A stretch of DNA of 64,000 nucleotides from an uncultured delta proteobacterium (GCA_963794325.1 CAWCDG010000004.1:160001-224000), one strand, 5' to 3'. Positions 17,946-28,457 are shown, numbered from the stretch's first letter. Notes: generated by a model from the letters alone, not told the origin. Numbers and translations are program-made.

Positions 17946-18770
17946 ATGAAAAAACTTGGATTCATCGGCGGTGGCAACATGGCCGAGGCGCTCGCCCACG
18001 GCCTTATCCAGCACAAAGTTTTCAAGCCCGCCGATATAATAGTGTCTGACGTCGCGCCCGACCGCCGCCGCAAACTCGCGCGCTCGCTCAAGGTCGCGAC
18101 CACCGACGACAACAAAGAAGTGCTGCGCGAATCCACCGCGGTCCTGCTAGCCGTCAAGCCGCAGACCATCGACAGCGTGATGTCGGAGCTCGCGACTGTG
18201 TTGGCGAAGTCTAACAAGGGCAAGCTCTTCATCTCGATCGCCGCCGGCATAACGATTGAGCGCCTCACGCGCGGACTGGGCAAGCGTGCGCGAGTAATCC
18301 GCGTGATGCCGAATGCACCCGCGATGGTCGGTCATGGGATGGCCGCGATGGTGCGTGCGCGAACTGCCACGCCGGCCGACGAGCACTTCGCGCTGAAAAT
18401 TTTCAACGCGGTCGGCGACGCCGTCGCGCTCAAGGACGAGAAGCTGCTCGACGTCGTCACCGCCCTCTCCGGCAGCGGCCCCGCTTACGTTTACCTGTTC
18501 GCCAAGGCGATGGCCGATGCCGCAGTGAGCGAGGGGATCCCTCGCGAACTGGCGATTCGCATGGCGCTGAAGACGATTCGCGGCGCCGAACACCTGATGC
18601 GCGAGTCGAAGCGCGAGGTCGCCGACTTGATTCGCACCGTCGCCTCGCCCGGCGGCACCACCGAGGCCGCACTTCGTCGATTCGCCGAGCATGGCTTTTC
18701 TGATATCGTGGCATCCGCACTGCACGCCGCCAGCGATCGCTCGCGCGAACTTGGCCGCGGAATCAACTAG
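17946..18770 (+). CDS. proC: Pyrroline-5-carboxylate reductase
   Basis: [32 protein letters not shown]. Confidence 0.95.
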   Translation: MKKLGFIGGGNMAEALAHGLIQHKVFKPADIIVSDVAPDRRRKLARSLKVATTDDNKEVLRESTAVLLAVKPQTIDSVMSELATVLAKSNKGKLFISIAAGITIERLTRGLGKRARVIRVMPNAPAMVGHGMAAMVRARTATPADEHFALKIFNAVGDAVALKDEKLLDVVTALSGSGPAYVYLFAKAMADAAVSEGIPRELAIRMALKTIRGAEHLMRESKREVADLIRTVASPGGTTEAALRRFAEHGFSDIVASALHAASDRSRELGRGIN

Positions 18771-18785
18771 CGAGAGCGACTTCGC

Positions 18786-19088
18786 GTGTACGCCTGGACC
18801 AACCTGATTATCTTCATCGCCCAGACCCTCGACGGTTTACTGACGCTCTACTTGTACGTCGTGATCATCGCGGCGCTGATGACCTGGATCGAGCCGAATC
18901 AGTACAATCCGATCGTCCGCTTCCTCTATTCGGTAACCGAGCCGGTCTTCGACTGGTTCCGCGAACACATGCCGGTGGTCTTCGGCGGGATCGATTTTTC
19001 GCCGCTGATCGTGATCATTCTGATTCAGTTGATCAAGCAAGTTGTCATTCGGAGCGTCGTGCAAGCGCTGGTTCCTGGCTACGCATGA
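18786..19088 (+). CDS. yggT: YggT-family membrane protein
   Basis: YNPIVRFLYSVTEP and GIDFSPL; synteny with yggS-proC. Confidence 0.9.
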   Translation: MYAWTNLIIFIAQTLDGLLTLYLYVVIIAALMTWIEPNQYNPIVRFLYSVTEPVFDWFREHMPVVFGGIDFSPLIVIILIQLIKQVVIRSVVQALVPGYA

Positions 19089-19420
19089 GTCCGGGCGGAA
19101 ATCCGCCAGGGTCGGACGTCCTCTGGATGCGCGTATCGATCGACGAAGTGATAATCGAGGTGACCGCGCGTCCGGGCGCGTCGCGCCGCGGCGTTATCGG
19201 CGTGACCGGCGATCGCCTGGTCGTCGCAATCAACTCACCGCCCGACAAGGGTAAGGCGAACGACGAACTCGTCGAGTATCTCGCGCGCGAAATGCGCGTG
19301 CCCAAGTCGGCCCTGCTGATAGTCCGCGGAGAAACCTCGCGCCGCAAAACGATCAGAGTCGTGACCCACGAACCCACCAAGGTCGCCGCGCGTCTGCGCC
19401 AACTCAGCAAACCAAAGTAA
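19085..19420 (+). CDS. yggU: DUF167/YggU protein
   Basis: SPPDKGKANDEL and GETSRRK; follows yggT. Confidence 0.88.
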   Translation: MSPGGNPPGSDVLWMRVSIDEVIIEVTARPGASRRGVIGVTGDRLVVAINSPPDKGKANDELVEYLAREMRVPKSALLIVRGETSRRKTIRVVTHEPTKVAARLRQLSKPK

Positions 19421-19441
19421 CGTTTCCCTGCGCGCGAACGC

Positions 19442-20062
19442 TCAGTGACCGCTGTCCGTATGCGTCGAAGTGGGATTGAAAAACAGCGGACCTCCTACCG
19501 GCAGCTCAGCGCATGCCGAAGGATCGCCCTGTCCCGCCTGGGTCACGAACGAATCGCCGGTCTTCTCGAGCGGACACGTGCATGCCGCCAGCGCGACTCC
19601 ATTCTGAGTGCCGTCGCGCGTGCAAGCCCAGTTCCAACATTGAGAGAACGAATACTGCGCAGGACACACCTGCATAATCGACGGTGCGTCCTGCCATGTT
19701 CCGTTGATCAGCTGCGGAAAAGAATCCGAGAACTCGAAGGTCGAGTACACGAGATTAAGATTCGACGACGTGCAACTGCCTTTCATATTGCCGCCGTTGA
19801 GGTCGGCGACATTGTCGCCCACAATGATCGGACATTCGCACGCAACCGCCGGGTACTTCTTCCCCTGATTGTTCTTGACGACGCCTCCCGTCGCGACGCA
19901 TGTGGACGCCGCGCACAACGCAAACTCAGTGTCGTGACATACGGTAAGCTGCCGCGGGAATCGGTGCGACGCTGCGCGCGCGAAGCCTGCCGCACAAAAC
20001 AACATCGCGCAGATTAGCGCCATTATCGTGAACGGAAATATTCGCACATCAGTTCGTTTCAT
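19442..20062 (-). CDS. Secreted cysteine-rich hypothetical protein (two 6-Cys modules)
   Basis: GGAGG RBS, signal peptide ending ARA, 12 Cys in the mature part. Confidence 0.75.
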   Translation of the reverse strand: MKRTDVRIFPFTIMALICAMLFCAAGFARAASHRFPRQLTVCHDTEFALCAASTCVATGGVVKNNQGKKYPAVACECPIIVGDNVADLNGGNMKGSCTSSNLNLVYSTFEFSDSFPQLINGTWQDAPSIMQVCPAQYSFSQCWNWACTRDGTQNGVALAACTCPLEKTGDSFVTQAGQGDPSACAELPVGGPLFFNPTSTHTDSGH

Positions 20063-20420
20063 TGGACCTCCGAAAATTTAGCGTGAGACTTGAACTTGGA
20101 CGCGTTCTGTTATCAGCAGATGCCGTGCCAGTCCGGAGTGGCGCGCTTAGCTTGGCGGCGCTGTTCACACCGCCGATTCGATGACATCGGCGACATCGCA
20201 TGTAGCCCGATAGGACATTGAATGGCGCAGTTTGTCGGCCTGGTCTCGATACCCGGACCTCCGTCAAAACGTCATCGCGCCTATATCAAATCGTCAAATC
20301 GACGCCGTCTCGTTGTCCGGATTTCCCTTTTATTTCCACGAATTTTGCCGTTTTCCTTGTCTCAAATTCCTTTAGTAATAAAATTTTAGTTGCAGATTCG
20401 TAGCGCGCTGGAGGGACCTT

Positions 20421-21956
20421 TTGATGCGCCACCGCTCTTCTTTCCTCTTTCTTATATCTTCGTGCCTGCTCGCACTCCCGCTTTCCGCTATCGCCGATCC
20501 CGCCGCAATTCCGCCAAGTGAAGCTCCCGCAGCGCACATGGCAAAGGGGCACGACGCGCCCGACTTCACGCGCAAGTGTCCGCCGGGATTTAACGACACG
20601 CCCGCGATGCCGGCGCATTACAGTCAGCCGACCATCCTCGCGATGCCGCAGAAAAAGGTCTTCGCGCTGGGTCAGCAAATCTTCGTTACCAATTTCAACG
20701 CATGCGACGGCGCGGGACGTCCCGCCACCACCGGCACCGGCGCAGCGCGCACCGCGGATCCCGTGCTGGGTCCGCGCAATACCCGAGTGTCGGCGCCCGA
20801 AGCCGACTCATGCGCGGGATGTCACAATCAGCCGCAGCCAGGCGGCGCCGGCGATTTCGTCGCCAACGTATTCGTGCTGGCGCAGGCCGCCGATCCGGTA
20901 TCGCGCATAATTCTCAACGAGGACTTCAGCAACACCTGGGACGAACGCAACACGCTCGGGATGTTCGGCTCCGGCGCAATCGAGATGCTCGGGCGCGAGA
21001 TGTCGGCCGACTTGCTTGGTGAGCAAAAGAGCGCAATCAGCAGTGCTCAGTCATCGGGACATAACGTCACCGTGAACCTGCAGACCAAGGGCGTTTCATT
21101 TGGCGCATTGACGGCGCATCCGGATGGCAGCGTCGATACCAGCGCGGTAGCCGGCGTCGATCCCGACCTGATCATAAAGCCGTTCGGGCGCAAGGGCGCG
21201 TTCCGCTCGCTCCGCGATTTCACCGTGACCGCGATGAATCAGCATCATGGGATGCAGGCGGTCGAGCGCTTCGGCGCCGACACCGATCCTGACGGCGACG
21301 GCGTGACCAACGAACTTCTCATCGGCGACATCACCGCGGTGACGATATTCCAGGCCGCGCTGCCGGCGCCGATTGTTACGACTCAAGGCCTCGATCGCCG
21401 TGCGGCGTCTCGTGGCGCCGATTTGTTCGACAAGGTCGGATGCACCGGATGCCATCTGCCGTCGCTCCAGCTTACCAGCACCAGGTTCTGCGACCCCGAT
21501 CCGCAAAATCCGTCCAACACCTTCAACGACGCGTCGCAATCTTATTGCTTCGACCTGTCGCAGACCGGAATTCGCGGCAATACGGTGGCGGCGTACACCG
21601 ATCTCAAGCGCCACGTGATTTGCGACAACAACAAGCCGCACTACTGCAACGAACCCGCTTCGCCGGTGCAGGCGTCCGACAGCAATTTCCCGATCCCGAT
21701 GGATCAGTTTCTCACTGCCAAGTTGTGGGATACGGGAAACTCGGGACCATGGGGCCATCGCGGCGATCTCGACACCATCTACGCCGCGATTACTGCTCAC
21801 GGCGGCGAGGCGACGACGTCGGAGAGTCAGTTCGAAGCGCTGTCGAACTCCGATCAGCTGGCGATCGTGACGTTCCTGAAGACTCTGCAGATGCCGACAC
21901 TGCCGACCAACCAGGACCCGAACGTCGGCATGCTGAACGCTCCGGGACCGCATTGA
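20421..21956 (+). CDS. Periplasmic di-heme c oxidoreductase (DHOR/peroxidase-like)
   Basis: Signal peptide; CAGCH and CTGCH heme motifs; YTDLKRH, TAKLWD...PWGHRG, AITAHGGEA. Confidence 0.8.
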   Translation: MMRHRSSFLFLISSCLLALPLSAIADPAAIPPSEAPAAHMAKGHDAPDFTRKCPPGFNDTPAMPAHYSQPTILAMPQKKVFALGQQIFVTNFNACDGAGRPATTGTGAARTADPVLGPRNTRVSAPEADSCAGCHNQPQPGGAGDFVANVFVLAQAADPVSRIILNEDFSNTWDERNTLGMFGSGAIEMLGREMSADLLGEQKSAISSAQSSGHNVTVNLQTKGVSFGALTAHPDGSVDTSAVAGVDPDLIIKPFGRKGAFRSLRDFTVTAMNQHHGMQAVERFGADTDPDGDGVTNELLIGDITAVTIFQAALPAPIVTTQGLDRRAASRGADLFDKVGCTGCHLPSLQLTSTRFCDPDPQNPSNTFNDASQSYCFDLSQTGIRGNTVAAYTDLKRHVICDNNKPHYCNEPASPVQASDSNFPIPMDQFLTAKLWDTGNSGPWGHRGDLDTIYAAITAHGGEATTSESQFEALSNSDQLAIVTFLKTLQMPTLPTNQDPNVGMLNAPGPH

Positions 21957-22125
21957 CCGGACGTCCGCCTGCGCCAGCAGAAATTGGCAGACTGGAATTT
22001 CATCTGCTAACGAATCGCGGGCGAATCGAAAGCGAATAACCCCGCTTCTGTTGACTGCCTGACGTTTGGTGGTTACCTAAGGTATAGCGAGGCGGGAGTT
22101 TTCGATTAGCAGCCTCTGATTTGCG

Positions 22126-22509
22126 ATGCCAATCTACGAGTACAAGTGCCACAAATGCGGCGTGTTCGAAGCGATGCAGGGAATCAAGGAGCAGCCGCTA
22201 AAGAAATGTCCGACCTGCAAGAGCAAGGTTGAGCGCCAGATGTCGCGCGGCTCATTCATCCTCAAGGGCAGCGGATGGTACGCGACGGACTACGCCAAAA
22301 AAAGCACGCCAGCCAGCACTGACTCCGACTCAACCTCGACCCCGGCAACCCCCACAGCCAACGGCGGCACGCCGTCGAGTGATTCCAGTTCAAAGCCGGC
22401 CACCGATTCAAAACCCGCAACAGAAACCAAGTCGTCATCCTCCGAACCCAAGCCGTCGAAGTCCAAATCGTCCTCAGAAAAATCCATCTCGGCAAAAGCC
22501 GCCAACTGA
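22126..22509 (+). CDS. FmdB-family zinc ribbon protein with Ser/Thr/Lys-rich tail
   Basis: [11 protein letters not shown]...CPTC...[13 protein letters not shown]. Confidence 0.9.
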   Translation: MPIYEYKCHKCGVFEAMQGIKEQPLKKCPTCKSKVERQMSRGSFILKGSGWYATDYAKKSTPASTDSDSTSTPATPTANGGTPSSDSSSKPATDSKPATETKSSSSEPKPSKSKSSSEKSISAKAAN

Positions 22510-22546
22510 TCTTCTCTGATTCCTTGATTTGCATGGGCCAGAAAAT

Positions 22547-22607
22547 CACAGGCTAAAGCCTGTGCCACCAAAATCTCTGCCCGAAGTGGCACCGGCTTCA
22601 GCCGGTG
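22547..22607. repeat. REP family C (GTGG + CACAGGC-N4-GCCTGTG), pair
   Basis: Palindromes at 22547-22568 and 22586-22607; same element and flank at 55302-55377. Confidence 0.8.
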
Positions 22608-22617
22608 ATTCTCTCCT

Positions 22618-22728
22618 CCCCCGACCCTGAGAGCAAAATGGCGTCCTCGCCATTTTGCGATTAGTACTTTTCACTGGGTGCAGGGGTCACCCCTGCAGAA
22701 GGAGCGTGAAACCCACCGCGGGTTTCAC
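22618..22728. repeat. Composite family B element of about 110 bp (three hairpins)
   Basis: GCAAAATGGCG/CGCCATTTTGC + core + GTGAAACCC/GGGTTTCAC; inverted homolog at 36948-37053. Confidence 0.85.
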
Positions 22729-22744
22729 TAAAATCGTGCGCACC

Positions 22745-23695
22745 ATGCGTGCGTTAATCTTCGATCGCAACCTCGAATTACGCCCCCACTACCCCGACCC
22801 CATCGCCGCGCCGGGCGAGAGTATCGTGCGCGTCTCAGCCGCCGGCATCTGCGGCACCGACCTCGAAATCGCGCGCGGCTACATGCAGTATCGCGGAGTG
22901 CCGGGCCATGAATTCGCCGGCCGCGTGACCGAATCGAAAACCGCTTCGCTCCGCGGAAAGCGCGTGGTCGGCGAGATCAACGCCGGATGCGCCCGATGCG
23001 CGGCATGCTTCGCCGGCGACCCGCGACATTGCCCCAATCGCACCGTGCTCGGAATTCTCGGCCGCGACGGCGCCTTCGCCGAATTTCTTCAACTTCCCGA
23101 CATCAACCTGATCCCGATTCCCGATTCGATTCCCGACAACATCGCGGTGTTCGTCGAGCCGCTCGCGGCCGCCTACGAAATTTTCGCGCAGACTCCGGTC
23201 GCGCGGAACCAGACAATCGCAGTGATGGGTGACGGCAGGTTGGGTGCGCTCGTCGCGCTGGTGTTCAAGGGCGAAAAGTACCTGCCGATCGTTGCGGGCC
23301 ATCATCGCGAGAAACTCGCGCGGCTCGCCGCTCTCGGACTCGACACCGCCGAAGAATCCTCCCTGCACGACAAATTTGACGTCGTGATCGAATGCAGTGG
23401 TAGCGAATCCGGCTTCCGGCGCGCGCTCGAACTCGTCCACCCGCGTGGAAAGATCATATTGAAGAGCACCGCGGCCGCGTCGGCCCAACTTAATCTCGCG
23501 CCAATCGTCGTCAACGAGATCACCGTGATCGGCTCGCGATGCGGCCGGTTTCAGCCCGCACTCGACGCGCTCGCAGCCGGAAAAATCGATCCCGCGCCGC
23601 TGATCGATGGCACCTTTGCGCTCGACGATGGCCTCGCCGCGCTCGAAGCGGCGAAGGACCCGCTCAATTTCAAGATACTGCTGAGAGCGTCGTGA
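22745..23695 (+). CDS. Zinc-dependent alcohol dehydrogenase (MDR family)
   Basis: GICGTD, GHEFAG, CARCAAC...HC structural Zn site, GDGRLG. Confidence 0.9.
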   Translation: MRALIFDRNLELRPHYPDPIAAPGESIVRVSAAGICGTDLEIARGYMQYRGVPGHEFAGRVTESKTASLRGKRVVGEINAGCARCAACFAGDPRHCPNRTVLGILGRDGAFAEFLQLPDINLIPIPDSIPDNIAVFVEPLAAAYEIFAQTPVARNQTIAVMGDGRLGALVALVFKGEKYLPIVAGHHREKLARLAALGLDTAEESSLHDKFDVVIECSGSESGFRRALELVHPRGKIILKSTAAASAQLNLAPIVVNEITVIGSRCGRFQPALDALAAGKIDPAPLIDGTFALDDGLAALEAAKDPLNFKILLRAS

Positions 23696-23704
23696 AGCTG
23701 CGCG

Positions 23705-25669
23705 ATCGCCGAGACCATACTCGTCGGAATAGACACCGGCGGCACCTTCACCGACCTCGTCGCGATCGTTGGAAATGAAATCCGCGTCCACAAAGTGCTC
23801 TCGACGCCCGCCGATCCTGCCGACGCCGTTATCCGCGGCTTGCGCGAGATGCTTCGTGACGCGGTGCCCGAGTCCGTCACCTACAGTTCCACCGTCGCGA
23901 CCAACGCCCTGCTCGAGAAGAAAGGCGCGCGCGTCGCGATTTTCACCAATGCCGGCTTCGAAGATCTGATCGAGATTGGCCGCCAGAACCGCGACGACCT
24001 CTACGCGCTGGCGCCGTCGCGGCCCGAGCCGCTGGTTGCACGCGCGATGCGCTTCGGCGTCGATGAGCGCACGCTGTTCGACGGCAGCATCGCCAAATCC
24101 CTGAGCCGCGCCGAGCTCGCACGAATCCGCCGGCTCGCGACACGCAGCGGCGCGGAAGCCTTCGCCATCTGCCTGCTTCATTCGTATGCCAATCCGAAAG
24201 GCGAAGAGGCGATCGCCCGCGCGCTCGCGCCGCTTGGAAAGCCGCTGTCGGTCTCGCATCGAATTCTCGCCGAGTATCGCGAGTACGAGCGCTTCTCGAC
24301 CGCGGTTGTGAATGCCTACGTTGCGCCGCGGATGTCGTCGCATCTGAAGAACCTCGAGACTCGTCTCGAAGGCGCGCGCCTTCGCGTCATGCAATCCAAC
24401 GGCAGCGCGATCGGCACCGATCTGGCCCGCGCCGAGCCGGTGCGCACGATTCTCTCCGGCCCCGCGGCGGGCGTGATTGGCGCGGCGAGCCTCGCGCGCG
24501 CGTTCGGCACCGATCGGTTCATCACCTTCGACATGGGCGGTACTTCGACCGACGTATCGATGTTCGATCGGCGCGTACGAATCCGCACGCTGAGTCATCC
24601 CGACGGTTACGCGGTGCGCACCCCCGTCATCGACATTCACACCGTCGGCGCTGGCGGCGGCTCGATCGCGCGAATCGACGCCGGCGGCTCGCTTCGCGTT
24701 GGACCGGACAGCGCGGGCGCCGATCCCGGTCCCGCATGTTACGGACGCGGCGATTTATGCACCGTGACCGACGCCGACCTGGTCGCGGGCAGACTGGTCG
24801 CGGCGAATTTCCTCGGCGGCAAGATGAAACTTTATCCGGATCGCGCGGCGCGTGCCGTGTCGCGGCTGGCGCACGAGATGAAATCCAATTCGCTCACCGC
24901 GGCGCGCGGAATCATTCGCGTCGTCAATGCAAACATGGAACGTGCCATTCGCGTGATCACCGTCGAGCGCGGCTACGATCCGCGCGAGTTCGCGCTGCTG
25001 GCGTTCGGCGGCGCAGGCCCGATGCATGCCTGCGAGCTGGCGCTCGATCTGGGCATCCGGCGAATCGTGATGCCGCGAAATCCCGGCCTGTTATGCGCCT
25101 GGGGCGCGTCGAGCGCTCCCTTGGGTCGCGAATATTCGCTGACCGTACGCGCGACGAATCCGAACTATCGAAATTTGCTCGCGCGCGCCTCGGGCCTGGT
25201 TCGCCGCTCTCACAATGAACTCGCCGCAGAAGGAGCGCGCACGATTCGGCACGAGCTGTGGCTCGACATGCGCTATCGCGGACAGTCGTACGAACTCGAA
25301 ATCGCACTGACCCCGCGCTTCGTCGCCGACTTCCATTCCACGCATCGCAAAACCTTCGGACACTCCGCCACGGACGCCGCTGTCGAAGTCGTGAACATTC
25401 GCATCCGCGCCGTCGCTGGCGAATCCGCCGCCCGGCCGAAACGAATCAGCCGCCAACTCGGGAAGCTCACGCCGGTATCGAATGGACCAGTGCTGGTCGG
25501 TGGCCGCGAACGCACGGTCCCGATTTACCATCGAGATTCACTCGGCGCCGATGCACGCATCCGCGGGCCAATCGTCGTCGTCGAGCTGAGTTCCACCGCG
25601 TACGTCGCGCCAGAATTCACTTTGCGCGTTGACGACTTCGGCAACCTGCAACTGGAGGCATCGCGATGA
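23705..25669 (+). CDS. Hydantoinase A / 5-oxoprolinase subunit
   Basis: ILVGIDTGGTFTD lies upstream of the track start; STVATNALLE, EYREYER, SGPAAG, DMGGTSTD, AFGGAGPMHA. Start codon uncertain (ATC). Confidence 0.9.
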   Translation: MAETILVGIDTGGTFTDLVAIVGNEIRVHKVLSTPADPADAVIRGLREMLRDAVPESVTYSSTVATNALLEKKGARVAIFTNAGFEDLIEIGRQNRDDLYALAPSRPEPLVARAMRFGVDERTLFDGSIAKSLSRAELARIRRLATRSGAEAFAICLLHSYANPKGEEAIARALAPLGKPLSVSHRILAEYREYERFSTAVVNAYVAPRMSSHLKNLETRLEGARLRVMQSNGSAIGTDLARAEPVRTILSGPAAGVIGAASLARAFGTDRFITFDMGGTSTDVSMFDRRVRIRTLSHPDGYAVRTPVIDIHTVGAGGGSIARIDAGGSLRVGPDSAGADPGPACYGRGDLCTVTDADLVAGRLVAANFLGGKMKLYPDRAARAVSRLAHEMKSNSLTAARGIIRVVNANMERAIRVITVERGYDPREFALLAFGGAGPMHACELALDLGIRRIVMPRNPGLLCAWGASSAPLGREYSLTVRATNPNYRNLLARASGLVRRSHNELAAEGARTIRHELWLDMRYRGQSYELEIALTPRFVADFHSTHRKTFGHSATDAAVEVVNIRIRAVAGESAARPKRISRQLGKLTPVSNGPVLVGGRERTVPIYHRDSLGADARIRGPIVVVELSSTAYVAPEFTLRVDDFGNLQLEASR

Positions 25670-27231
25670 AGCTCGACGCAATCACGCTGGCCGTCATGAA
25701 CAATCGCCTCGCCGCAATTGCCGACGAGATGGGCGTCGTGCTCGGACAGACGGCGTTCTCGCCCAACATCAAGGAGCGCCACGATTTCTCGTGCGCGATT
25801 TTCGACGCGCGCGGCGAGCTGGTCGCGCAGGCCGCGCATATCCCGGTGCATCTCGGCTCGACTCCGCTCTCGGTGCGCGCGGCGATCGCAAACCTCGATC
25901 TACGTCGCGGCGACGTCGCAGCGCTCAACGATCCCTTCGCCGGCGGAACGCATCTGCCCGACCTGACGCTGGTCGCGCCGGTATTCATCGGTACCGAGCG
26001 CCGCCCGTTCGCCTACGCCGCCAACCGCGCTCATCACGCGGATATCGGCGGGATCGCGCCGGGCTCGATGGCGCTGGCGACGGAAATTTACCAGGAAGGC
26101 TTCCGATTGCCGCCGGTAAAAATCGTCACCGGCGGTGAGATCGCGCGCGACGTGATGACGCTGTTCCTCGCCAACACCAGAGTTCACGAGGAGCGCGAAG
26201 GCGATCTGCGCGCGCAAATCGCCGCGCTCTCGGTTGGCTCAGAGCGATTGCTCGCGCTCGTGAAAACCTCGGGACGGAAAACGGTCGAGGCTGCGATGGA
26301 TAGCCTTAAGGATTACGCGGAGCGCCTGATGATCGCGGCGCTCGCCGATCTCAAGCCCGGAACGTATCGTGCCGAGGATTTCCTCGACGACGACGGATTC
26401 GGCGCCGGCCCGATTCCGATTCGCGTCGCGATCAAGATTGGCCGCGGCAAGGCGATCGTCGATTTCACCGGCTCAGCACCGCAGGTGCGCGGCTCGGTCA
26501 ACGCAAACTACGCAATCACCCTGTCCGCAACTTTCTACGTCATGAAGTGCCTCGCCGCGGAAGCGGTGCCCGCTAACGAAGGCCTGATGCGTCCGATCAA
26601 GCTCGTCGCACCACCAGGCTCAATCGTCAATGCGTTGGCTCCTGCAGCGGTCGCGGGCGGAAACGTCGAGACCTCCCAGCGCATCGTCGATGTGCTCTTT
26701 CGCGCGCTCGCGAAGGCCGCGCCGGCTCGGATTCCCGCGGCGAGTTCGGGCTCGATGTCGAATCTCACGGTCGGCGGCTTCGACCGATTTCGCGATCGAC
26801 ATTTTTCCTACTATGAAACGATCGCGGGCGGCGCGGGCGCCGCGAAGGATCGCCCCGGCGTATCCGGCATCCACACTCACATGACCAACACGCTGAACAC
26901 CCCAATCGAAGCGCTCGAGGCCTACTACCCGATGCGAATCACCGAGTATCGAATCCGTCGCAACTCCGGCGGCCGCGGCCGCGCACGTGGCGGCGACGGC
27001 CTGATTCGCGAACTCGAATGCCTCGTTGATTCGAACGTCAGCGTCCTCACCGAGCGCCGCACAATCGCGCCATACGGACTCGCCGGCGGAGGACCGGGTG
27101 CGACCGGAAAAAACATTCTCATTCGCGGCAAGCATCAAAGCAGGCTGCCCGGCAAAACCAATGTCGATCTCAAAGCCGGCGATCGCGTTCGAATCGAAAC
27201 ACCCGGCGGCGGCGGATGGGGCCGGCGCTAG
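25666..27231 (+). CDS. Hydantoinase B / 5-oxoprolinase subunit
   Basis: FSPNIKERHDFSCA, NDPFAGGTHLPD, YYETIAGG, ETPGGGGWG; ATGA overlap with subunit A. Confidence 0.92.
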   Translation: MKLDAITLAVMNNRLAAIADEMGVVLGQTAFSPNIKERHDFSCAIFDARGELVAQAAHIPVHLGSTPLSVRAAIANLDLRRGDVAALNDPFAGGTHLPDLTLVAPVFIGTERRPFAYAANRAHHADIGGIAPGSMALATEIYQEGFRLPPVKIVTGGEIARDVMTLFLANTRVHEEREGDLRAQIAALSVGSERLLALVKTSGRKTVEAAMDSLKDYAERLMIAALADLKPGTYRAEDFLDDDGFGAGPIPIRVAIKIGRGKAIVDFTGSAPQVRGSVNANYAITLSATFYVMKCLAAEAVPANEGLMRPIKLVAPPGSIVNALAPAAVAGGNVETSQRIVDVLFRALAKAAPARIPAASSGSMSNLTVGGFDRFRDRHFSYYETIAGGAGAAKDRPGVSGIHTHMTNTLNTPIEALEAYYPMRITEYRIRRNSGGRGRARGGDGLIRELECLVDSNVSVLTERRTIAPYGLAGGGPGATGKNILIRGKHQSRLPGKTNVDLKAGDRVRIETPGGGGWGRR

Positions 27232-28457
27232 ACCACGCCACGCTCACGCAATCGTTGCCGCGCCTCCGCGTCGATCCCAAGTTCCGCCAGGATACTGTCC
27301 GTATCCGCTCCCAGAGCGGGCGCCCCGCTTCGTATCGTTGTCGGCGTGCGCGAGAACTTGGCCGCCGGCCCGGTGATCGGCGCGAGCTTGCCGTCTTCCT
27401 GCGCGACTTGCTGCAGCATGTCGCGCTCGAGGGTGTGCGGGCATCGCGCCGCCTCCGCATAAGTCCTCACCTTCGCGCACGGGATATTGTTTTTGGCACA
27501 TTCCGCGACGGCTTCGTCCACGGTGCGCGCCGAGCACCACCCGGCAAACATTGCGTTGCACTCTTCGCGATGATCCATCCGACCGGGAATTGTCGAGTAG
27601 GATGAGTCAGCGGCGAGATCTTCACGTCCCGCCATTCGCGCCAACACCTTCCAGTGCGTGTCGAGCAACACCCCCGCCATCACCAGCCCGTCGCGGCATT
27701 GGTAAGTGTTGGTCGGAACCGAGAATGGAATTTCGTTACCCCATCGCTTGGGCTCGAGGCCCATCGCGCCGAGCGTCAGGTTTCCGTTGGACTGAAACAG
27801 CATCGCGTCGAGCATCGCGACGTCGACATGCTGCCCTTCGCCGGTGCGATCGCGATGCCGCAGTGCTGCGAGCGCGCCGATCGCGCCATGCAATCCTCCT
27901 AGATCATCGCAGAGCCAGGTCGGCGCCTTCATCGGCGGCCCGTCAACACTGCCGTTGAGCGAGATGAATCCGCTCATCGCCTGCGCGAGCGGATCGTATG
28001 CAACGCGATCGTGAATCGGACCGAACTGCCCGTAGCCGCTGATCGACACATAGATGATGTCGGGCTTCACGGCGCGAACGTGATCGTAGCCGACGCCCCA
28101 TTTGTCGAACGTGCCGGGGCGAAAATTCTGCACGATGATATCGGAACGCGCGACGAGTTTCAGAAAAATTTCGCGGCCCTCGTCGCGGCGTAGATCGAGC
28201 GTCAGGCTGCGCTTGTTTCGATTCACCGTCGCCTGCGCATATCCGATCGGCTTCTCGTGGCCCGGCAGCGGCGGCGGTATTCGCCGCGAGACCTCGCCCT
28301 CGCGGGCCTCGACCTTTACGACCTCGGCGCCGAGATCCGCGAGTATGCATGAACACATCGGGCCCGCCCAACTCGTGGTTGCGTCGATCACGCGGACGCC
28401 GTCGAGCGGCCCGGTCAAGTCGCGCCGCGCGTCGCGATAGAACTCAGATTTTTCCAT
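27228..28457 (-). CDS. CaiB/BaiF CoA-transferase
   Basis: GPLDGVRVID, LGAEVVKVE, NRNKRSLTLDL, GEGQHVDV. Confidence 0.9.
   Translation of the reverse strand: MEKSEFYRDARRDLTGPLDGVRVIDATTSWAGPMCSCILADLGAEVVKVEAREGEVSRRIPPPLPGHEKPIGYAQATVNRNKRSLTLDLRRDEGREIFLKLVARSDIIVQNFRPGTFDKWGVGYDHVRAVKPDIIYVSISGYGQFGPIHDRVAYDPLAQAMSGFISLNGSVDGPPMKAPTWLCDDLGGLHGAIGALAALRHRDRTGEGQHVDVAMLDAMLFQSNGNLTLGAMGLEPKRWGNEIPFSVPTNTYQCRDGLVMAGVLLDTHWKVLARMAGREDLAADSSYSTIPGRMDHREECNAMFAGWCSARTVDEAVAECAKNNIPCAKVRTYAEAARCPHTLERDMLQQVAQEDGKLAPITGPAAKFSRTPTTIRSGAPALGADTDSILAELGIDAEARQRLRERGVV

Noticed and set aside
20063-20420. Riboswitch or ncRNA in the divergent spacer; short repeats TCAAATCG x2 and GGACCTCCG x2
   Set aside because: No recognisable aptamer, and the repeats are too short to support a call
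23693-23695. ADH TGA as a second selenocysteine codon
   Set aside because: It falls at the natural end of the ADH domain, not at a Cys position, and no SECIS-like hairpin follows
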